A stretch of 64,000 nt of DNA from an uncultured delta proteobacterium. Its GTDB lineage: Bacteria > Myxococcota > Myxococcia > Myxococcales > Myxococcaceae. The DNA lies in contig CAVYSY010000058.1 in the NCBI GenBank assembly GCA_963771175.1, positions 40,275 through 104,274 of the forward strand, in the 5' to 3' direction. The position numbers and the translations under genes are program-made. The notes under the pieces are model-generated. The model was given only the letters and a program-made list of their open reading frames with translations, did not search any database and was not told the origin of the DNA. Shown one piece after another: positions 10,786 through 22,236 of the stretch; positions within the stretch are counted from its first letter, which is position 1; each line of letters begins with the position of its first letter.

Positions 10786-12480
10786 ATGAAGCACCCTGTG
10801 ATGCAGGTGGTATTGAGGTGGCAATACTGGCTGCAAGTACTGGTGCTGGCGTTGATCTACGCGGCGGTGGCGTGGGCAGGGTTCAGGCTCGCACCAGCCT
10901 ATGCGCACGTCACGTCGATCTGGTTTCCAGCGGGCATCGGGCTTGCCGCGCTGCTGATTTTTGGCATCAAGCTGTGGCCCGGCACCCTCCTGGGACCCAT
11001 CCTGTTCACCCAGGCGCTCGGCGTACCCTGGCTGCCATCGCTCATCGGTGGCGTGGGCGACATGCTCAGTTCCCTGGCGGGCGCGCTGGCCCTGAGGCAC
11101 CTTTGTCATTTTGACGACCGGCTCGCCACCTTCCGGGACGCCATCGCACTGATCGTCTTTGGTGCGTTTCTGCCCACGCTATTCGGCGGAACGATTGGCG
11201 CCATCTCGCTGTACCTCGGTGGCAGCATACCGCTGTCGATATTTGGCGAGGTGCTCGGGGTGTGGTGGCTGGCCGACATGGCTGGCGCGCTGACGCTGGC
11301 GCCCTTCCTGTTGTCCTTTGTCAACCGTCCGAAGCCCAGGATGTCTCGGCTACACTGGCTCGAGGGCGCAGCACTCCTGGGCCTGCTTCTGCTGACTTGC
11401 TGGATGGTGTTCGGGCGCGGTCTTCAGGTGTTTCTCGGCAATCTGCTGCCATCCTATGTCGTATTGCCATTCGTTGTCTGGGCAGCGCTGCGTTTCGACA
11501 TTCGCATGACCTCATCCGTGGTGATGTTGTCCAGCATCGCGGCGATCGGGGGGACCGTCGGTCCTCTGGTTACGGCGAATGTGACGCGCAGCATCCAGAT
11601 TCTGTACCTCCAGATCTTCATGAGCTCGATGTCCGCCATCGGCCTCCTGCTTTCCGCGGCGACCCAGCAACAGAGGGACATTGCTCAAGCCCTTCGCGAC
11701 GATGTGGAGCGGCGCAAACGCCTCGAGGAGCAACTGAGTCTTTCCCTCATCAAGGAAAGGGAAGCCCGTATCGAGGCCGAGAAGTCCATCCAGGTGAGAG
11801 ATGACTTCCTGGCCGTTGCCTCGCATGAGCTCAGAACTCCCATTACTCCCATCAAGATATATCTTCAGCTCTTGAGGCGACACATACAAGAGCTACCTCC
11901 GGACGTTCTCCCGAAGGCCAGGATCCTATCGAGTGGCTTCAAGAGTGCAGACAGGCAACTCGATCGCCTCTCCAGACTCATCGACGACCTTCTCGATGTT
12001 TCGAGGATCACCGCGGGCCGGCTGATTCTCAATCGTGAGGAATTCGATCTCTCCGAATTAATGGGTGAAATCGTGGAGCGGTTCAGACCAGAGAGCCTGA
12101 TTGCGAAATGCGATTTGGGTTTGAGCGCCCAGCCCCGGGTGAAGGGGTTCTGGGATCGCTCTCGAATCGAGCAGGTTGCCGCGAATCTTCTCACCAACGC
12201 CATGAAGTATGGTGCCGGAAATCCGATTGAAATCACTGTTGCGTCGGAGGGGAATGTGGCCAGACTCGTGGTCCGCGATCACGGAATTGGCATTGCGGAA
12301 GAAGAGCAGGAGAAGATTTTCGAGCGCTTCGAGAGGGCGGCTCCAGTCAGACATTATGGGGGCCTGGGGCTCGGCCTCTATATTACGCGCGAGATTGTTT
12401 CGGCACATGGCGGGACGATACGTGTGGAGAGCTGCCTCGGGCAGGGCTCTCGCTTCACCGTCGAGCTCCCTCTGACGTGA
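10786..12480 (+). CDS. MASE1-domain sensor histidine kinase (orphan)
   Basis: IWFPAGI and WWLADMAG multi-TM MASE1 region; SHELRTP H-box; NLLTNAMKY, DHGIGI and GLGLGL ATPase motifs. Confidence 0.92.
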   Translation: MKHPVMQVVLRWQYWLQVLVLALIYAAVAWAGFRLAPAYAHVTSIWFPAGIGLAALLIFGIKLWPGTLLGPILFTQALGVPWLPSLIGGVGDMLSSLAGALALRHLCHFDDRLATFRDAIALIVFGAFLPTLFGGTIGAISLYLGGSIPLSIFGEVLGVWWLADMAGALTLAPFLLSFVNRPKPRMSRLHWLEGAALLGLLLLTCWMVFGRGLQVFLGNLLPSYVVLPFVVWAALRFDIRMTSSVVMLSSIAAIGGTVGPLVTANVTRSIQILYLQIFMSSMSAIGLLLSAATQQQRDIAQALRDDVERRKRLEEQLSLSLIKEREARIEAEKSIQVRDDFLAVASHELRTPITPIKIYLQLLRRHIQELPPDVLPKARILSSGFKSADRQLDRLSRLIDDLLDVSRITAGRLILNREEFDLSELMGEIVERFRPESLIAKCDLGLSAQPRVKGFWDRSRIEQVAANLLTNAMKYGAGNPIEITVASEGNVARLVVRDHGIGIAEEEQEKIFERFERAAPVRHYGGLGLGLYITREIVSAHGGTIRVESCLGQGSRFTVELPLT

Positions 12481-12648
12481 GTGTCCACAATGTCCCCACC
12501 ACACCTCCAGATGGAGCGCAGCGGCGAGTGGCTCGCCCCGCCCCAGTTCCACCACAAGGCTCCGCACGACGCAGAACAGTTTCACCAGGTTCACGAACGG
12601 TACGAGCCAGCTCTACACCGGCCCGGCGCACAGCCCGGGTGGCACTCG

Positions 12649-14297
12649 TCAGCGAGCGGCGGGGGGCGCCGACGGTGGAGCCGGCTCGGCGGGTGGCGGC
12701 GGCGCGGGCGTTGGTGGCGGCGCGGGCTCGGCGGGGCGGCGGCGCGGCGTTGGTGGCGGCGCGGGCGTTGGTGGCGGCGCGGGCTCGGCGGGTGGCGGCG
12801 GCGCGGGCGTTGGTGGCGGCGCGGGTCGGCGGGTGGCGACGCGGGCTCGGCGGGTGGTGGCGACGCGGGCGTTGGAGTCGGCCCGGGCTCGGCGGGTGGC
12901 GGCGGCGCGGGCGTTGGTGGCGGCGCAGGCTCGGCGGGTGGGGGCGACGCAGGCGTTGGAGTCGGCGCGGGCGTGGGAGTCGGCGCGGGCTCGGCGGGTG
13001 GCGGTCGGGGGGCTGGCGTCGGAGCGGGCTCGGAAGGAGGAGGCAGCGCGGGAGTTGGAGGCGGCGCGGGCTCTGAAGTGGGATGGGGCGTCGACGGCAG
13101 GGCGGGCTCTGAAGCCGGCGGAGGCGCGGCTTCAGGGCGCGGCGGCGTCATGAGCGAAGGCGAAGGAGTGGGCTCGGAAGGTGGAGGCGGCGCAATGGGC
13201 GCAGGAGGCGGCGCCGATGGAACCGACGGAGGCTCCGTCCCCATGGGCGGAGGCTCGGTCGGCAGCGGCGGCGGCGCTGAGGGTTGAGGAGACGACGCTG
13301 TCGACGGGGGCGGCGGCTCCGGGAACTCGGGAAACGGCTCCGTCCCCGTGGACGGAGGTGCCGGAGACTCGGAAGGAGGCGCCGTTGGCTGGGGAGGCGG
13401 CTCCGTCGGTATCGGCGACGGTTCGGGGGGCTGCTGGGACGCATCGGAGGGCCGAGGCGGCGGCTCCGTTACTCCAGGCGGTGGCTCCGAAGGCTCTGGA
13501 GCCGGGGCCCCTGGCTCTGGGGATGGCGCTGGCGACTTGGGCTCTGGCACCGGCGGCACCGCCTGGGGCTGGATGTCGGCCCGAACCACCCGCCCTGGTG
13601 GCGGCGGCTGGACCTTCGCTTCCGGCACCGGTTGCCCCGCGTCCTGCGCGACCTGCTTGGGGTCTGGTCCGGTGACGAACTGCTGCCCCTCCTTTACAAC
13701 GGGCCGATCCACGGGCCGCGTCTCTCTCTGCAGGTGCTCGACCTCGGCCCCCTTTGCCCGATGCCTCTCGTAGCGGCCATGGGGGAAGCGCCGGACCGGC
13801 ACGAAGCACCATCGGTGGGGGGACCTCCCCACTGGCCACCCTCCGTAGCTGGACGGCGGCAGGGGCGCCCAACCGATGAAGCCCCCTCCGTACCGCCACT
13901 CCACCCAGCCCGGCCCCCACGTCGTCCCGGGCGTCCACAGCCACCCCCAGTTCGGGTGAAGGAACCAGCGCCCGTAATGGAACGGCGCCCACCCCCACGG
14001 GAAGGAGCTGACGAACACCCAGCCGTAGCCGCTGCTCGCCCAGTAGCCGTCACTCACGTACGGCATGAAACCCGGCCCCACCACCGCCACCGCGGGCCTC
14101 CACACCCGCCCGTAGGGCGACACGTCCACCCAGTCCCCGTACGGCGATAGCGTCCGCTCGAAGTCCGCGTACACGCCCATCGACACCGGGCTCGTCAGCG
14201 GCACCGGTTGGACCGCCACGCACCCGCCCGAGCCGCTCAGCGCGACAACTCCGCTCCATGCCAGCACGAGCAACCGTCTGAGGCCCAGCCTCGCCAT
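12649..14297 (-). CDS. DUF6600-like putative lipoprotein with long Pro-rich tail; frameshift(s) in repeats
   Basis: LSPYGDWV, WGWAPFHYGRW and WGPGWVEWR motifs; signal ending GG-C; Pro/Ala/Glu tail probably ends AEPAPPSAPPAAR* at 12649. Confidence 0.7.
12682..13000. repeat. Degenerate ~42-bp tandem repeats encoding PAEPAPPPTPAPPP
   Basis: Repeated ggctcggcgggtggcggcggcgcgggcgttggtggcggcgcg units. Confidence 0.8.
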
Positions 14298-14469
14298 CCC
14301 CGTCTCCCGAGACGCGCGCGCTCCCCTCCCGGATGCCGCTATCCATCTGCCTCCAACCTGGGCAGCGGCGCACAAGATGGCCGCACCGCCTCGCCCCCCT
14401 GGTCGCCCTCCAGTGGAGCCTCATCACACGACCTTCGCGGCCTTCTGGCCCGCCTTCGCGCCCTGGCGC

Positions 14470-14934
14470 TCACGCGCTCACGCGCTTGATTACCTCCAAG
14501 GCCTCGGTGATGTGCCGTTTGGCGTTCAGCTGGGAGTTGAACACGTGCTGGACGATCCCGTTCGCGTCAATCACATAGGTGACCCGGCCCGGCATCAGTC
14601 CGAACAGCGAGCGCGGTACTCCATAGCTCTCGCGCAGTGAACCGTTCTCGTCGCTCACCAGGGTGAACGGCAGCCGGTGATGCGAGGCGAAGGACTCATG
14701 GGACGCGGCCGAGTCCGCGCTCACGCCGATCACCTCGGCACCCGCCTGGGTGAAGGATTCGTAGCTGTCGCGGAAGGAGCAGGCCTGGGCCGTGCACCCC
14801 GGCGTCTCGTCCTTTGGATAGAAGTAGAGGACAACCGCCTTCTTCTTCCGCAGCAGTTCCTGGAGGCTGGTCTGCGTGCCGTCCTTCTGGGGAAAATCGA
14901 AATTCGGGGCTGTGTCACCGACCTGGATGGCCAT
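14470..14934 (-). CDS. bcp: Peroxiredoxin Bcp/PrxQ
   Basis: YFYPKDETPGCTAQAC and GRVTYVID. Confidence 0.92.
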   Translation of the reverse strand: MAIQVGDTAPNFDFPQKDGTQTSLQELLRKKKAVVLYFYPKDETPGCTAQACSFRDSYESFTQAGAEVIGVSADSAASHESFASHHRLPFTLVSDENGSLRESYGVPRSLFGLMPGRVTYVIDANGIVQHVFNSQLNAKRHITEALEVIKRVSA

Positions 14935-15074
14935 GGGGCTCCTGGGGACGCGGGAAATCGCGCCTCCAGATAACGGCCGGCGTCAGCGCATTCAATCCTC
15001 ATCTGGAGATGAGGGCCCTTGAACCCGCCGCCGTGGGGCCGGAACCCCACGGCGCGTCTTCACGCGGGAGCTGG

Positions 15075-16854
15075 CTACTCCTCCTCGGGTGGGGCCTCCA
15101 TGTACTCGGGGGCGTTGATGCCCAGCAGCGCGAAGGCACTCCGCAGCGTCTGCTTCAGCGCCGCCACCATCGCGAGCCGGCCCTGCGTCTTCTCCGCGTC
15201 GCCGCTGATGATCGGGTCCGTCTTGTACTTCGTGTAGTAGCTGTGGAAGTCCGTGATCAGCTCCTGGCAGAAGTACAGCACGTGGTGCGGCTCGAGCCGC
15301 TCGGCCGCGCTGGCCACCACGTCCGGGAGCTGGCTCATCTTCTTCAGCATCGCCAGCTCCTCGGGCAGCGTGAGCCGGGCCAGGTGTGCCGGGGTGAGCC
15401 CCTCCACCCCCACGAACGGCTGCCCCTTCTCCACCGCCTTCTTCAGGATGCTCGCGCACCGCGCGTGGCCATACTGGAAGTAGAAGACCGGGTTGTCCTT
15501 CGACTGCTTCTGCACCAGGTCCAGGTCGAAGTCGAAGCGCGCGTTCGCCGTCTTCATCAGGAAGAGGAACCGGCACACGTCCGGACCCACCTCCTGGATG
15601 AGATCCTCCAGCTCGAAGACCGTGCCCTTGCGCTTGCTGACCTTCACCTCCTCGCCGCCGCGAGTGATCCGCACGATCTGCACCAGCAGGAACTCGAGCC
15701 GCTTCGGATCCAACCCGAGCAGGATGGTCCCCGCCCTGATGCGCGGCGTGTGCCCGGCATGGTCCGCGCCCAGCACGTCGATGATGCGGTCGAAGCCCCG
15801 GTCGTACTTCTCCTTGTGGTACGCCGAGATCCGCCGTCAGGTACACCGGCGTCCCGTCCTGCCGGAGAATCACACGGTCCTCGTCGTCCCCGTGCTGGCT
15901 CGTCATCAGGAACGTGCCGCCCCGCTGCCGATCCGTGTACTGGGCCGCCTTGCTGTCCTCGCTCCGGACCTTCTCCGTCTCGCGCCGAGCCTCCGCGGCC
16001 TCGTACGTCGCGCCGCGCTTCTTGTACTCCTCGGCGACCGCCGCCACCTTGCCCGCCGCGTGCAGCGAAGCCTCGCTGAAGAACACGTCGTGCCGGATGT
16101 TCGCCTGCTCCAGCGACGCCTTGATGGCCTTCAGGTTCTCGCGGACTCCCACCGCGATCGCCGCGGGCAGCCACTCGGACTCCGGCGCCGTCAAGTACCC
16201 CTCGCCCACCTCCTCCTTCCACGTCTTGGCGATGTCGATGACGTACTCGGCCGGGTACTCCCCCTCGCCGAGTTGGATCTGCTCGCCGAAGAGCTGCCGG
16301 TAGCGCTTGTAGACCGTCCGGCCCAGCGTCTCCACCTGCTTGCCGTAGTCGTTGATGTAGAACTCGCGCGTCACGTCGTGCCCGGCTGCCTCCAGCAGCC
16401 GCGACACCGCGTCTCCCATGAAGGCCCCGCGCGCGTGGCCGATGTGCACCGGGCCCGTCGGGTTCGCCGAGACGAACTCCACCATGACGCGCTTGCCCGT
16501 CGACTTCGGCGCCTGCCGCCCGAACGTCTCCCCGGCCCGCAGCACCTCGGCCGCCACCTGCTGGATGACCTGCTGCTTCAGCGTGAAGTTGAGGAAGCCC
16601 GGGCCCGCCACCTCCACCTTTTCGATGATGCCCGCCGTGTCCACCAGCCCCTTCACGATGGCGTTCGCGATGTCCCGGGGCGGCTTGCCCTCGGGCTTCG
16701 TGAGCAGCATCGCCACGTTGACCGCCCAGTCACCGTGGGCCACGTTCTTCGGAGGCTCCACCGTGTAGCCCGGAACCTGCTCCAGCTTGAGCGTGCCCGC
16801 GGCCTTCAGCGCCGCGAGCGTTTCATTGATGAGAGCGAAAACCTTCTGCCGCAT
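15075..16854 (-). CDS. argS: Arginine--tRNA ligase; single frameshift near 15827
   Basis: VEFVSANPTGPVHIGH, GADH, SKRKG and NPVFYFQYGHAR (DALR domain). Confidence 0.95.
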
Positions 16855-16920
16855 GGTGACGTCTTTTCTCCGAGTAACGGGCTTTGGGGCCGCGCAATAT
16901 AGGCAGAACCGCCGAGGGTT

Positions 16921-18501
16921 TCACTGCTCGCGCAGGACGAGCAACCCGCGCAGGGTGTCCACCGCGTAGATGAACCCATCACCGGGGACGCGGATGCCGA
17001 TGGCTCCAGAGAAGTAGTAGCCCGGCTCACCGGCGCTCTCCCTCCAGGTGTTGTAGTAGGCCACCTGCGTGGGCTGGGTGGGGTTGGAGACGTCCAGCAC
17101 GCGCACGCCCTCCTGGTACCAGGCGATGTAGAGCTTCTTGCCCACCAGCACCAGGTTGTGAATGGAGATTTCGGGGCGGAGCTGGAACTCGCCGATCTTC
17201 ACGATCTTCGCCGGGTCCGTGACATCGAGCACGCGCAGGTGCTCTCCCGAGCCCTCGCCACCCTCGAAGGCGATGGTGCGGCCGCCGAAGGTGCCCACGG
17301 CGTTGTGGTGGGCGTACTGCAGGGGATAAGTGAAGCTGCCGAGCGTGCGGATGGCGTTCGGGTCGCTCACGTCGGCCACCACGAGGCCATCGAAGCTGGA
17401 GCTGATGTAGAGCCGGTCGCCCGTGGCGAACATGTCGTGAGGGAACCCCCCGATGCGGTTGAGCTCGACGGGCTGAGTGGGCGTGGTGACGTCGAAGAGG
17501 ATGACCCCCATGACGTCCGCGGCGTAGAGGCGGTTGCCCTCGACGAAGACGGTGTGGACGTTGCTGTTGCCGCCGGGCAGGGCGCTCAGCAGTAGCGGCT
17601 CGGCCGGATTGCTGATGTCGAAGACGAGCACGCCCCTGTTGGCACTGGCGACATAGAGCGCGTCCCCCTTGGCCCACACGCCGTTCCAGTAGGTGTCGTT
17701 CTCCATCTGGATCGTCTTCACCTTCACGGGCGCGTCCTTGTTGCTCACATCGAAGACGGTGAGGCCGCCCTTCTTCTCCAGCCTGTTGATGGACACCACA
17801 TAGGCATGGCCCTTGGTGACGTAGACGTCCACCGGGGTGCCGAGCTCCACGGCGTTCTCGGAGACGAGCGCCAGGCCCGAGGCCTCGGACTCACCGTCGC
17901 GCCACTTCATCCGCTCGGCCTTGAAGGTCTGCTGCGAGGACACCTTCCCGTTGCGGCAGATGGCCATGCAGCCGGTGAACCCGGGAGCCTGGGGCGCCTC
18001 GCAGGTGGCGAGCATCGTGAGGACGCTACTGCCACTCACGGTGGTGAAGACGGTGGAATAGAAGCGGGCGTTTCCATCGCTCGCCAGCCCGGTGATGGGC
18101 CGGCTACTGAGGTACTGGGTGCCGCCGTCACTGCGGAGGTCGAGGGTGGCGGCACTGAAGGAGGGGGTGCTCCGGTTGGTGCGGGTGGTCAGCAGGTGCG
18201 AGCCCTCGGTGCCCGCGTTCGCGAGCGACGCGCGGTCGCAGGCCGAGAGGTCGAAGATGCTGAAGTCGGTGCAGGGGGCTCCGGCGGTGGCGGTGAAGGT
18301 GCAGGAGGAGAAGGGGCCCGTGTCCGTCCATGTGTTGCCCTTCTCCTCGAGCACAACGTAGCCACCATCCCACTCGTAGCCGGTGCTGGCATCGGGGGTG
18401 GAGGCATCCGGGGAGTCCGTGGGCTCCGCTGGCGGAGGGCAGCCGAGGAAGGAGAGAGCGCAGGCGAACAACGTGGTCCAGGAGAGGCGAGTCCAGGTCA
18501 T
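16921..18501 (-). CDS. LVIVD-repeat lipoprotein
   Basis: Lipobox FLG-C; repeated GVLVFDISNP, GLVVADVSDP and GVRVLDVSNP. Confidence 0.85.
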   Translation of the reverse strand: MTWTRLSWTTLFACALSFLGCPPPAEPTDSPDASTPDASTGYEWDGGYVVLEEKGNTWTDTGPFSSCTFTATAGAPCTDFSIFDLSACDRASLANAGTEGSHLLTTRTNRSTPSFSAATLDLRSDGGTQYLSSRPITGLASDGNARFYSTVFTTVSGSSVLTMLATCEAPQAPGFTGCMAICRNGKVSSQQTFKAERMKWRDGESEASGLALVSENAVELGTPVDVYVTKGHAYVVSINRLEKKGGLTVFDVSNKDAPVKVKTIQMENDTYWNGVWAKGDALYVASANRGVLVFDISNPAEPLLLSALPGGNSNVHTVFVEGNRLYAADVMGVILFDVTTPTQPVELNRIGGFPHDMFATGDRLYISSSFDGLVVADVSDPNAIRTLGSFTYPLQYAHHNAVGTFGGRTIAFEGGEGSGEHLRVLDVTDPAKIVKIGEFQLRPEISIHNLVLVGKKLYIAWYQEGVRVLDVSNPTQPTQVAYYNTWRESAGEPGYYFSGAIGIRVPGDGFIYAVDTLRGLLVLREQ

Positions 18502-18606
18502 GAGAGGCGTTTCCCGTGAAAGAAGGGGCACGCATCGTTCCTGAGGGAGCGCTGCCGGTACAAAGCAGGGCTCCAATCGGCAAGTGTCAACCCGGGCGTT
18601 TTGAAT

Positions 18607-20208
18607 TCAGTCGAGGATGCGCAGCTCGAGCTCGGAGAGCGACCTCGACACCGGTGGGCCCCAGAGTTCCTCGGACAGCTCGAGCCCATCACGCGCGAAC
18701 ACCAGCATGTTCGTGCCATTGAAGAGCGGAATGGAGGAGCGCAGCGTGTATCCACCCCGCTCCCGGATTGAGCTCAACGCCCCCGCCTCGGCGGACTGGA
18801 TGTGGAGGACGTGGGTGCGGGGGTCGCGCACGTCGTCGAGCGAGCTGGCGATGACGAGCGCGGGGGCACGCTGCCGGAAGTAGCGCTCGTCCCACTCCTT
18901 GCGCAGGTGGACGCCTCGCTGCCGGGCGATGTGTGCGTCGGTGAGGCCGACGAGGTCCAGCACGGAGCCCCTGAAGTGCCAACCAAAGCGGCCGATGTCC
19001 ATCAGCGCCACCGTCTCGACGCCCGCTGTCTCATTGGCGACCTGACCGAGCTCCGCCCAGGCCAGCGTGGGGTACTGCGCGGCATCGTTGCGCTCCAACC
19101 GCGCGGCCACGTGGGCCCCGAGCACGCCCGCGACACCGACCCCCGCCAACCACCTCCAGCGTCCCTTCGCCAGGGCGAAGCCCGTCCCGGCCAGCACCGC
19201 GAAGGCCACCATCGTGAGGCTGAAGCGGCGATAGCCCGGCATCCAGTCCCCTCCGCTCCAGACGGTGGCGATGCCCAGCAGGAGCCCCAGGAGCAGGAGG
19301 ATTCGAGTGGCCGCGACCGAACGGCGCAGGGCGGGGACGATGGCCAGAGGGCCCACCACGCCCAGCCCGAAGCCGAAGAAGTAGGACAGATAGCGAAGCC
19401 CCTTGGCCGCGTCCGGGGGCTTCGCCTGGTAGGTGTTGGGAACGAGCGCGCCGTAGTAGCTCCAGCGGAAGGCCTCGGTCGCGGCCAGGATGAGGGCAAA
19501 CGGCACCAACATCCGGAGCGCCTGCTGGCGCGTGGAGCGCTGGAGCAGCAGCAGCCCACACAGCAGCAGCCCGGCGAGCACTCCCTCGGGACGGGTCATG
19601 CCGAGGAGCCCCAGGAGGATACCGCCCAGGACGGCCGTCCCGCGGCGCCCCTCCTCGAGCCGAGCGGCTTGCGAGAGGCTCCACACGAAGAGCAGCGTGA
19701 AGAGCGGCGTCTCGAGGCCGGAGAGCGCGTGGAAGGCCATGGAGCCCGAGAGCGCGAGAGCCGCTCCGGTGACGGCGGCGGCCACCCGCCCATCCCCACC
19801 GGCAGCGCTCGCGAGGCTCCCGGCGAGGCGGGCCCCGAGGGCGATCGTCGCCAGGTGGCAGACCGCACCCAGGACGCGTGCGCCAAAGATGGGATCCAAC
19901 CCGGGGAGCAGCGCGATCCACGACGCCGAGAGCAGCGTCCACAGCAGGTTGGTCATGCCCTCGACCGGCGGCTGCGTGACATCGAAGGTGAGCGCCCCGT
20001 GCTCGAGCCAGTTCCGGGCGATCCGGAACGAGATCCACGCGTCGTCGATCGCGAAGTGTGGCGATGCGTAATCCACCATGCGCACGACGCCGAGGAGGAG
20101 CACCCCGAGGACCACGGTCCTCAGCCCAGGGGAGTCGGCCTCGGGCGCCGGGGACCCCCGAGGAGCCGCTGGTGGATCACCCGGGCTGAGCTGTGCGCTT
20201 CGAGTCAT
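18607..20208 (-). CDS. Integral-membrane GT-C fold glycosyltransferase-like protein
   Basis: DDAWISFRIARN, VEGMTN, SGLET, TRPEG, VPNTY and GGDWM motifs; many TM segments. Confidence 0.7.
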   Translation of the reverse strand: MTRSAQLSPGDPPAAPRGSPAPEADSPGLRTVVLGVLLLGVVRMVDYASPHFAIDDAWISFRIARNWLEHGALTFDVTQPPVEGMTNLLWTLLSASWIALLPGLDPIFGARVLGAVCHLATIALGARLAGSLASAAGGDGRVAAAVTGAALALSGSMAFHALSGLETPLFTLLFVWSLSQAARLEEGRRGTAVLGGILLGLLGMTRPEGVLAGLLLCGLLLLQRSTRQQALRMLVPFALILAATEAFRWSYYGALVPNTYQAKPPDAAKGLRYLSYFFGFGLGVVGPLAIVPALRRSVAATRILLLLGLLLGIATVWSGGDWMPGYRRFSLTMVAFAVLAGTGFALAKGRWRWLAGVGVAGVLGAHVAARLERNDAAQYPTLAWAELGQVANETAGVETVALMDIGRFGWHFRGSVLDLVGLTDAHIARQRGVHLRKEWDERYFRQRAPALVIASSLDDVRDPRTHVLHIQSAEAGALSSIRERGGYTLRSSIPLFNGTNMLVFARDGLELSEELWGPPVSRSLSELELRILD

Positions 20209-20327
20209 GGAGCCGAGCACGATGACACGTCGTCAAACCGGCGCTCAATGAACAACCCAATGGCACCGGTCGGACGGGCAACGGAGCCAGGGGCCGCACG
20301 CGACTCATGCGCCGCCTCGCGGCCGGC

Positions 20328-22148
20328 TCATTTGGCGCGCGGGGGCATCCCCTGAGCCGAGACCTGGACTTCCTGCCAGTCATAGCCTCTCACGAAGTCC
20401 GACACCTTGTCGGAGACGCTGCTCACGAGCGACAGCGCATCCTCGGAGGCCCTGAGCCGCCGCAGCGTCTGATCCATCGCCTGGGACACTTCATTGATGG
20501 ACTTGAAGATTTCCTCGATGCCCGTGTTCTGCTGGGACACTGCGGAAGAGATCTGCCGCACGGAGGAGCCACTCTCTCGCACCATGCTGGAGAGCTGGCG
20601 CACGCTGTTGCCGAACTCGCGCACCTGCGCGAGCCCCTCGTTGACGCGCTCGCCGCCGCGCTCGGAGATGATGACCGTCTCATTGATGGCGGTGCCGATA
20701 TCCTCGAGGATGTTGCGGACATTGTCGGTCGCACGAATGGACTGGTTAGCCAGCGTGCGGATTTCGCGCGCGACCACGCCGAAGCCCTTGCCCTGCTCGC
20801 CGGAGCGCACGGCCTCGATGGCGGCATTGAGGGCGAGCATGTTGGACTGGTCCGCCAGCCCCTTCACCGTGTCGGTGATGCCAGCGATCTGCCGGGCCTT
20901 GTCCCGGAGCTCCTGGATGTGATGGGCCATCTGCTGCACGTGCTCGCGGATGTCCTGGAGGCTGTTCACGCTGCGCTCGATGGCGTCCTCCGCGATGCGG
21001 CTGATGGCATCGGCCTGTTCCGTCTGGCGCATGACGGACTCCGCCTTTTGCGAGGCCAGCATCGAGGTCTGCTTGATTTCCTGCGCGGTGACCTGCGTCT
21101 CCTGGATGGCCGCGGCCTGACGGACGAGCACCTCGTTCTGCTCGAGCGTGGACGTCCCCAGCGCCTGGGCCGAGCCCGCCAGCGAACGGGCCGATTCACC
21201 CAGCGAGACGGAGAACCTCTTGAGGTGAATGAAGACCCTGGCCGTCGCCATCGCCAGGTCCCCCACCTCGTCCGTGCCCACCCAGTCCGGCAGCCGCGGG
21301 GAGCCAGAGGCCAGCGCCGCGACGGCCTGCTGCACGGAGAGCGCCCCCTCCGACTGGTAGCTCGCCAACCTCCAGGCGGACGCTCCCGCCGTCACCACCA
21401 GGAAGAGCCCGAGCAGCGCCAGCGGGGTCTCCACCCGATCCCACATGTTGCCCGCCAGCGTCCGCAGCGCCGGCTCGTACTGGGCGGGCGAGAGCTGGCC
21501 CGCGGTCGCCATCAGCTCGGAGATGGCGCTGTCGGCGCCCCTCACGAAGATGGTCGCCAGGATGGCACCGGTACAGACGACATACATCCCGATGAGGTAG
21601 GGCAGGTACCACTTCTGGCGGGGCCAGAAGAATCCACTCCCCTCGAGCTCGAAGCGCTGGAGCTGGTGGAACTGGGCCACCACGTAGGGACGCAGCGTCT
21701 TCTCCATGGTCAGCCGGATGTCCACCCACATGATCTGCGTCAGAAGGATGACCAGCAGGGCAGCCCAAGGACCCGTCCAGATGCTCTTCCCGTAATAGAG
21801 GCTGGGCAGCGTTGTGTAGAGGAGCGAGGCGAACGCGCCAGCCACCACGAGATTCAGCTCGATGGCCCGCGGTGCCCTCAACAGGTAGTACAATCGCCGC
21901 TCCGCCCCGTGCGCGGTCTCGTTGAAGGCGGGACGCAGCGCGGAGCGGATGCTCAGGTAGGGCACCAACAGGCCCACGGGGATGAACAGCAGGGGGAGCA
22001 GGTACGCGAGCGTGGTGCGCTGCTGCGCCTTCTCCAGGTCCATGACCAGCGCCACCATATAGGCCACGGCGGGCACGGCCGGCGTGTTGCGCACCTGGTA
22101 CTGGAGGAAGAGTCTGTTGATCAGCCTGTTGAAGTCGGAAGCAGTCAT
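20328..22148 (-). CDS. Methyl-accepting chemotaxis protein (orphan, multi-TM sensor)
   Basis: [31 protein letters not shown] signalling tip; HAMP DEVGDLA. Confidence 0.93.
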   Translation of the reverse strand: MTASDFNRLINRLFLQYQVRNTPAVPAVAYMVALVMDLEKAQQRTTLAYLLPLLFIPVGLLVPYLSIRSALRPAFNETAHGAERRLYYLLRAPRAIELNLVVAGAFASLLYTTLPSLYYGKSIWTGPWAALLVILLTQIMWVDIRLTMEKTLRPYVVAQFHQLQRFELEGSGFFWPRQKWYLPYLIGMYVVCTGAILATIFVRGADSAISELMATAGQLSPAQYEPALRTLAGNMWDRVETPLALLGLFLVVTAGASAWRLASYQSEGALSVQQAVAALASGSPRLPDWVGTDEVGDLAMATARVFIHLKRFSVSLGESARSLAGSAQALGTSTLEQNEVLVRQAAAIQETQVTAQEIKQTSMLASQKAESVMRQTEQADAISRIAEDAIERSVNSLQDIREHVQQMAHHIQELRDKARQIAGITDTVKGLADQSNMLALNAAIEAVRSGEQGKGFGVVAREIRTLANQSIRATDNVRNILEDIGTAINETVIISERGGERVNEGLAQVREFGNSVRQLSSMVRESGSSVRQISSAVSQQNTGIEEIFKSINEVSQAMDQTLRRLRASEDALSLVSSVSDKVSDFVRGYDWQEVQVSAQGMPPRAK

Positions 22149-22236
22149 GAGCGTGTGGAGAGCGCGAAGCTTGGGTTCGGCACTGCCCTGGGCCCGCTTA
22201 TCGAATCCAACATCACCGCCCCCAAGGCGCGTGAGC

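Noticed and set aside
12481..13287. Gly-rich plus-strand ORF resembling PE-PGRS or collagen
   Set aside because: Antisense reading of the Pro-rich repeat gene.
15820..15835. Programmed frameshift or pseudogene in argS
   Set aside because: No slippery site, the gene is essential, and the same indel pattern occurs throughout the window; sequencing error is more likely.
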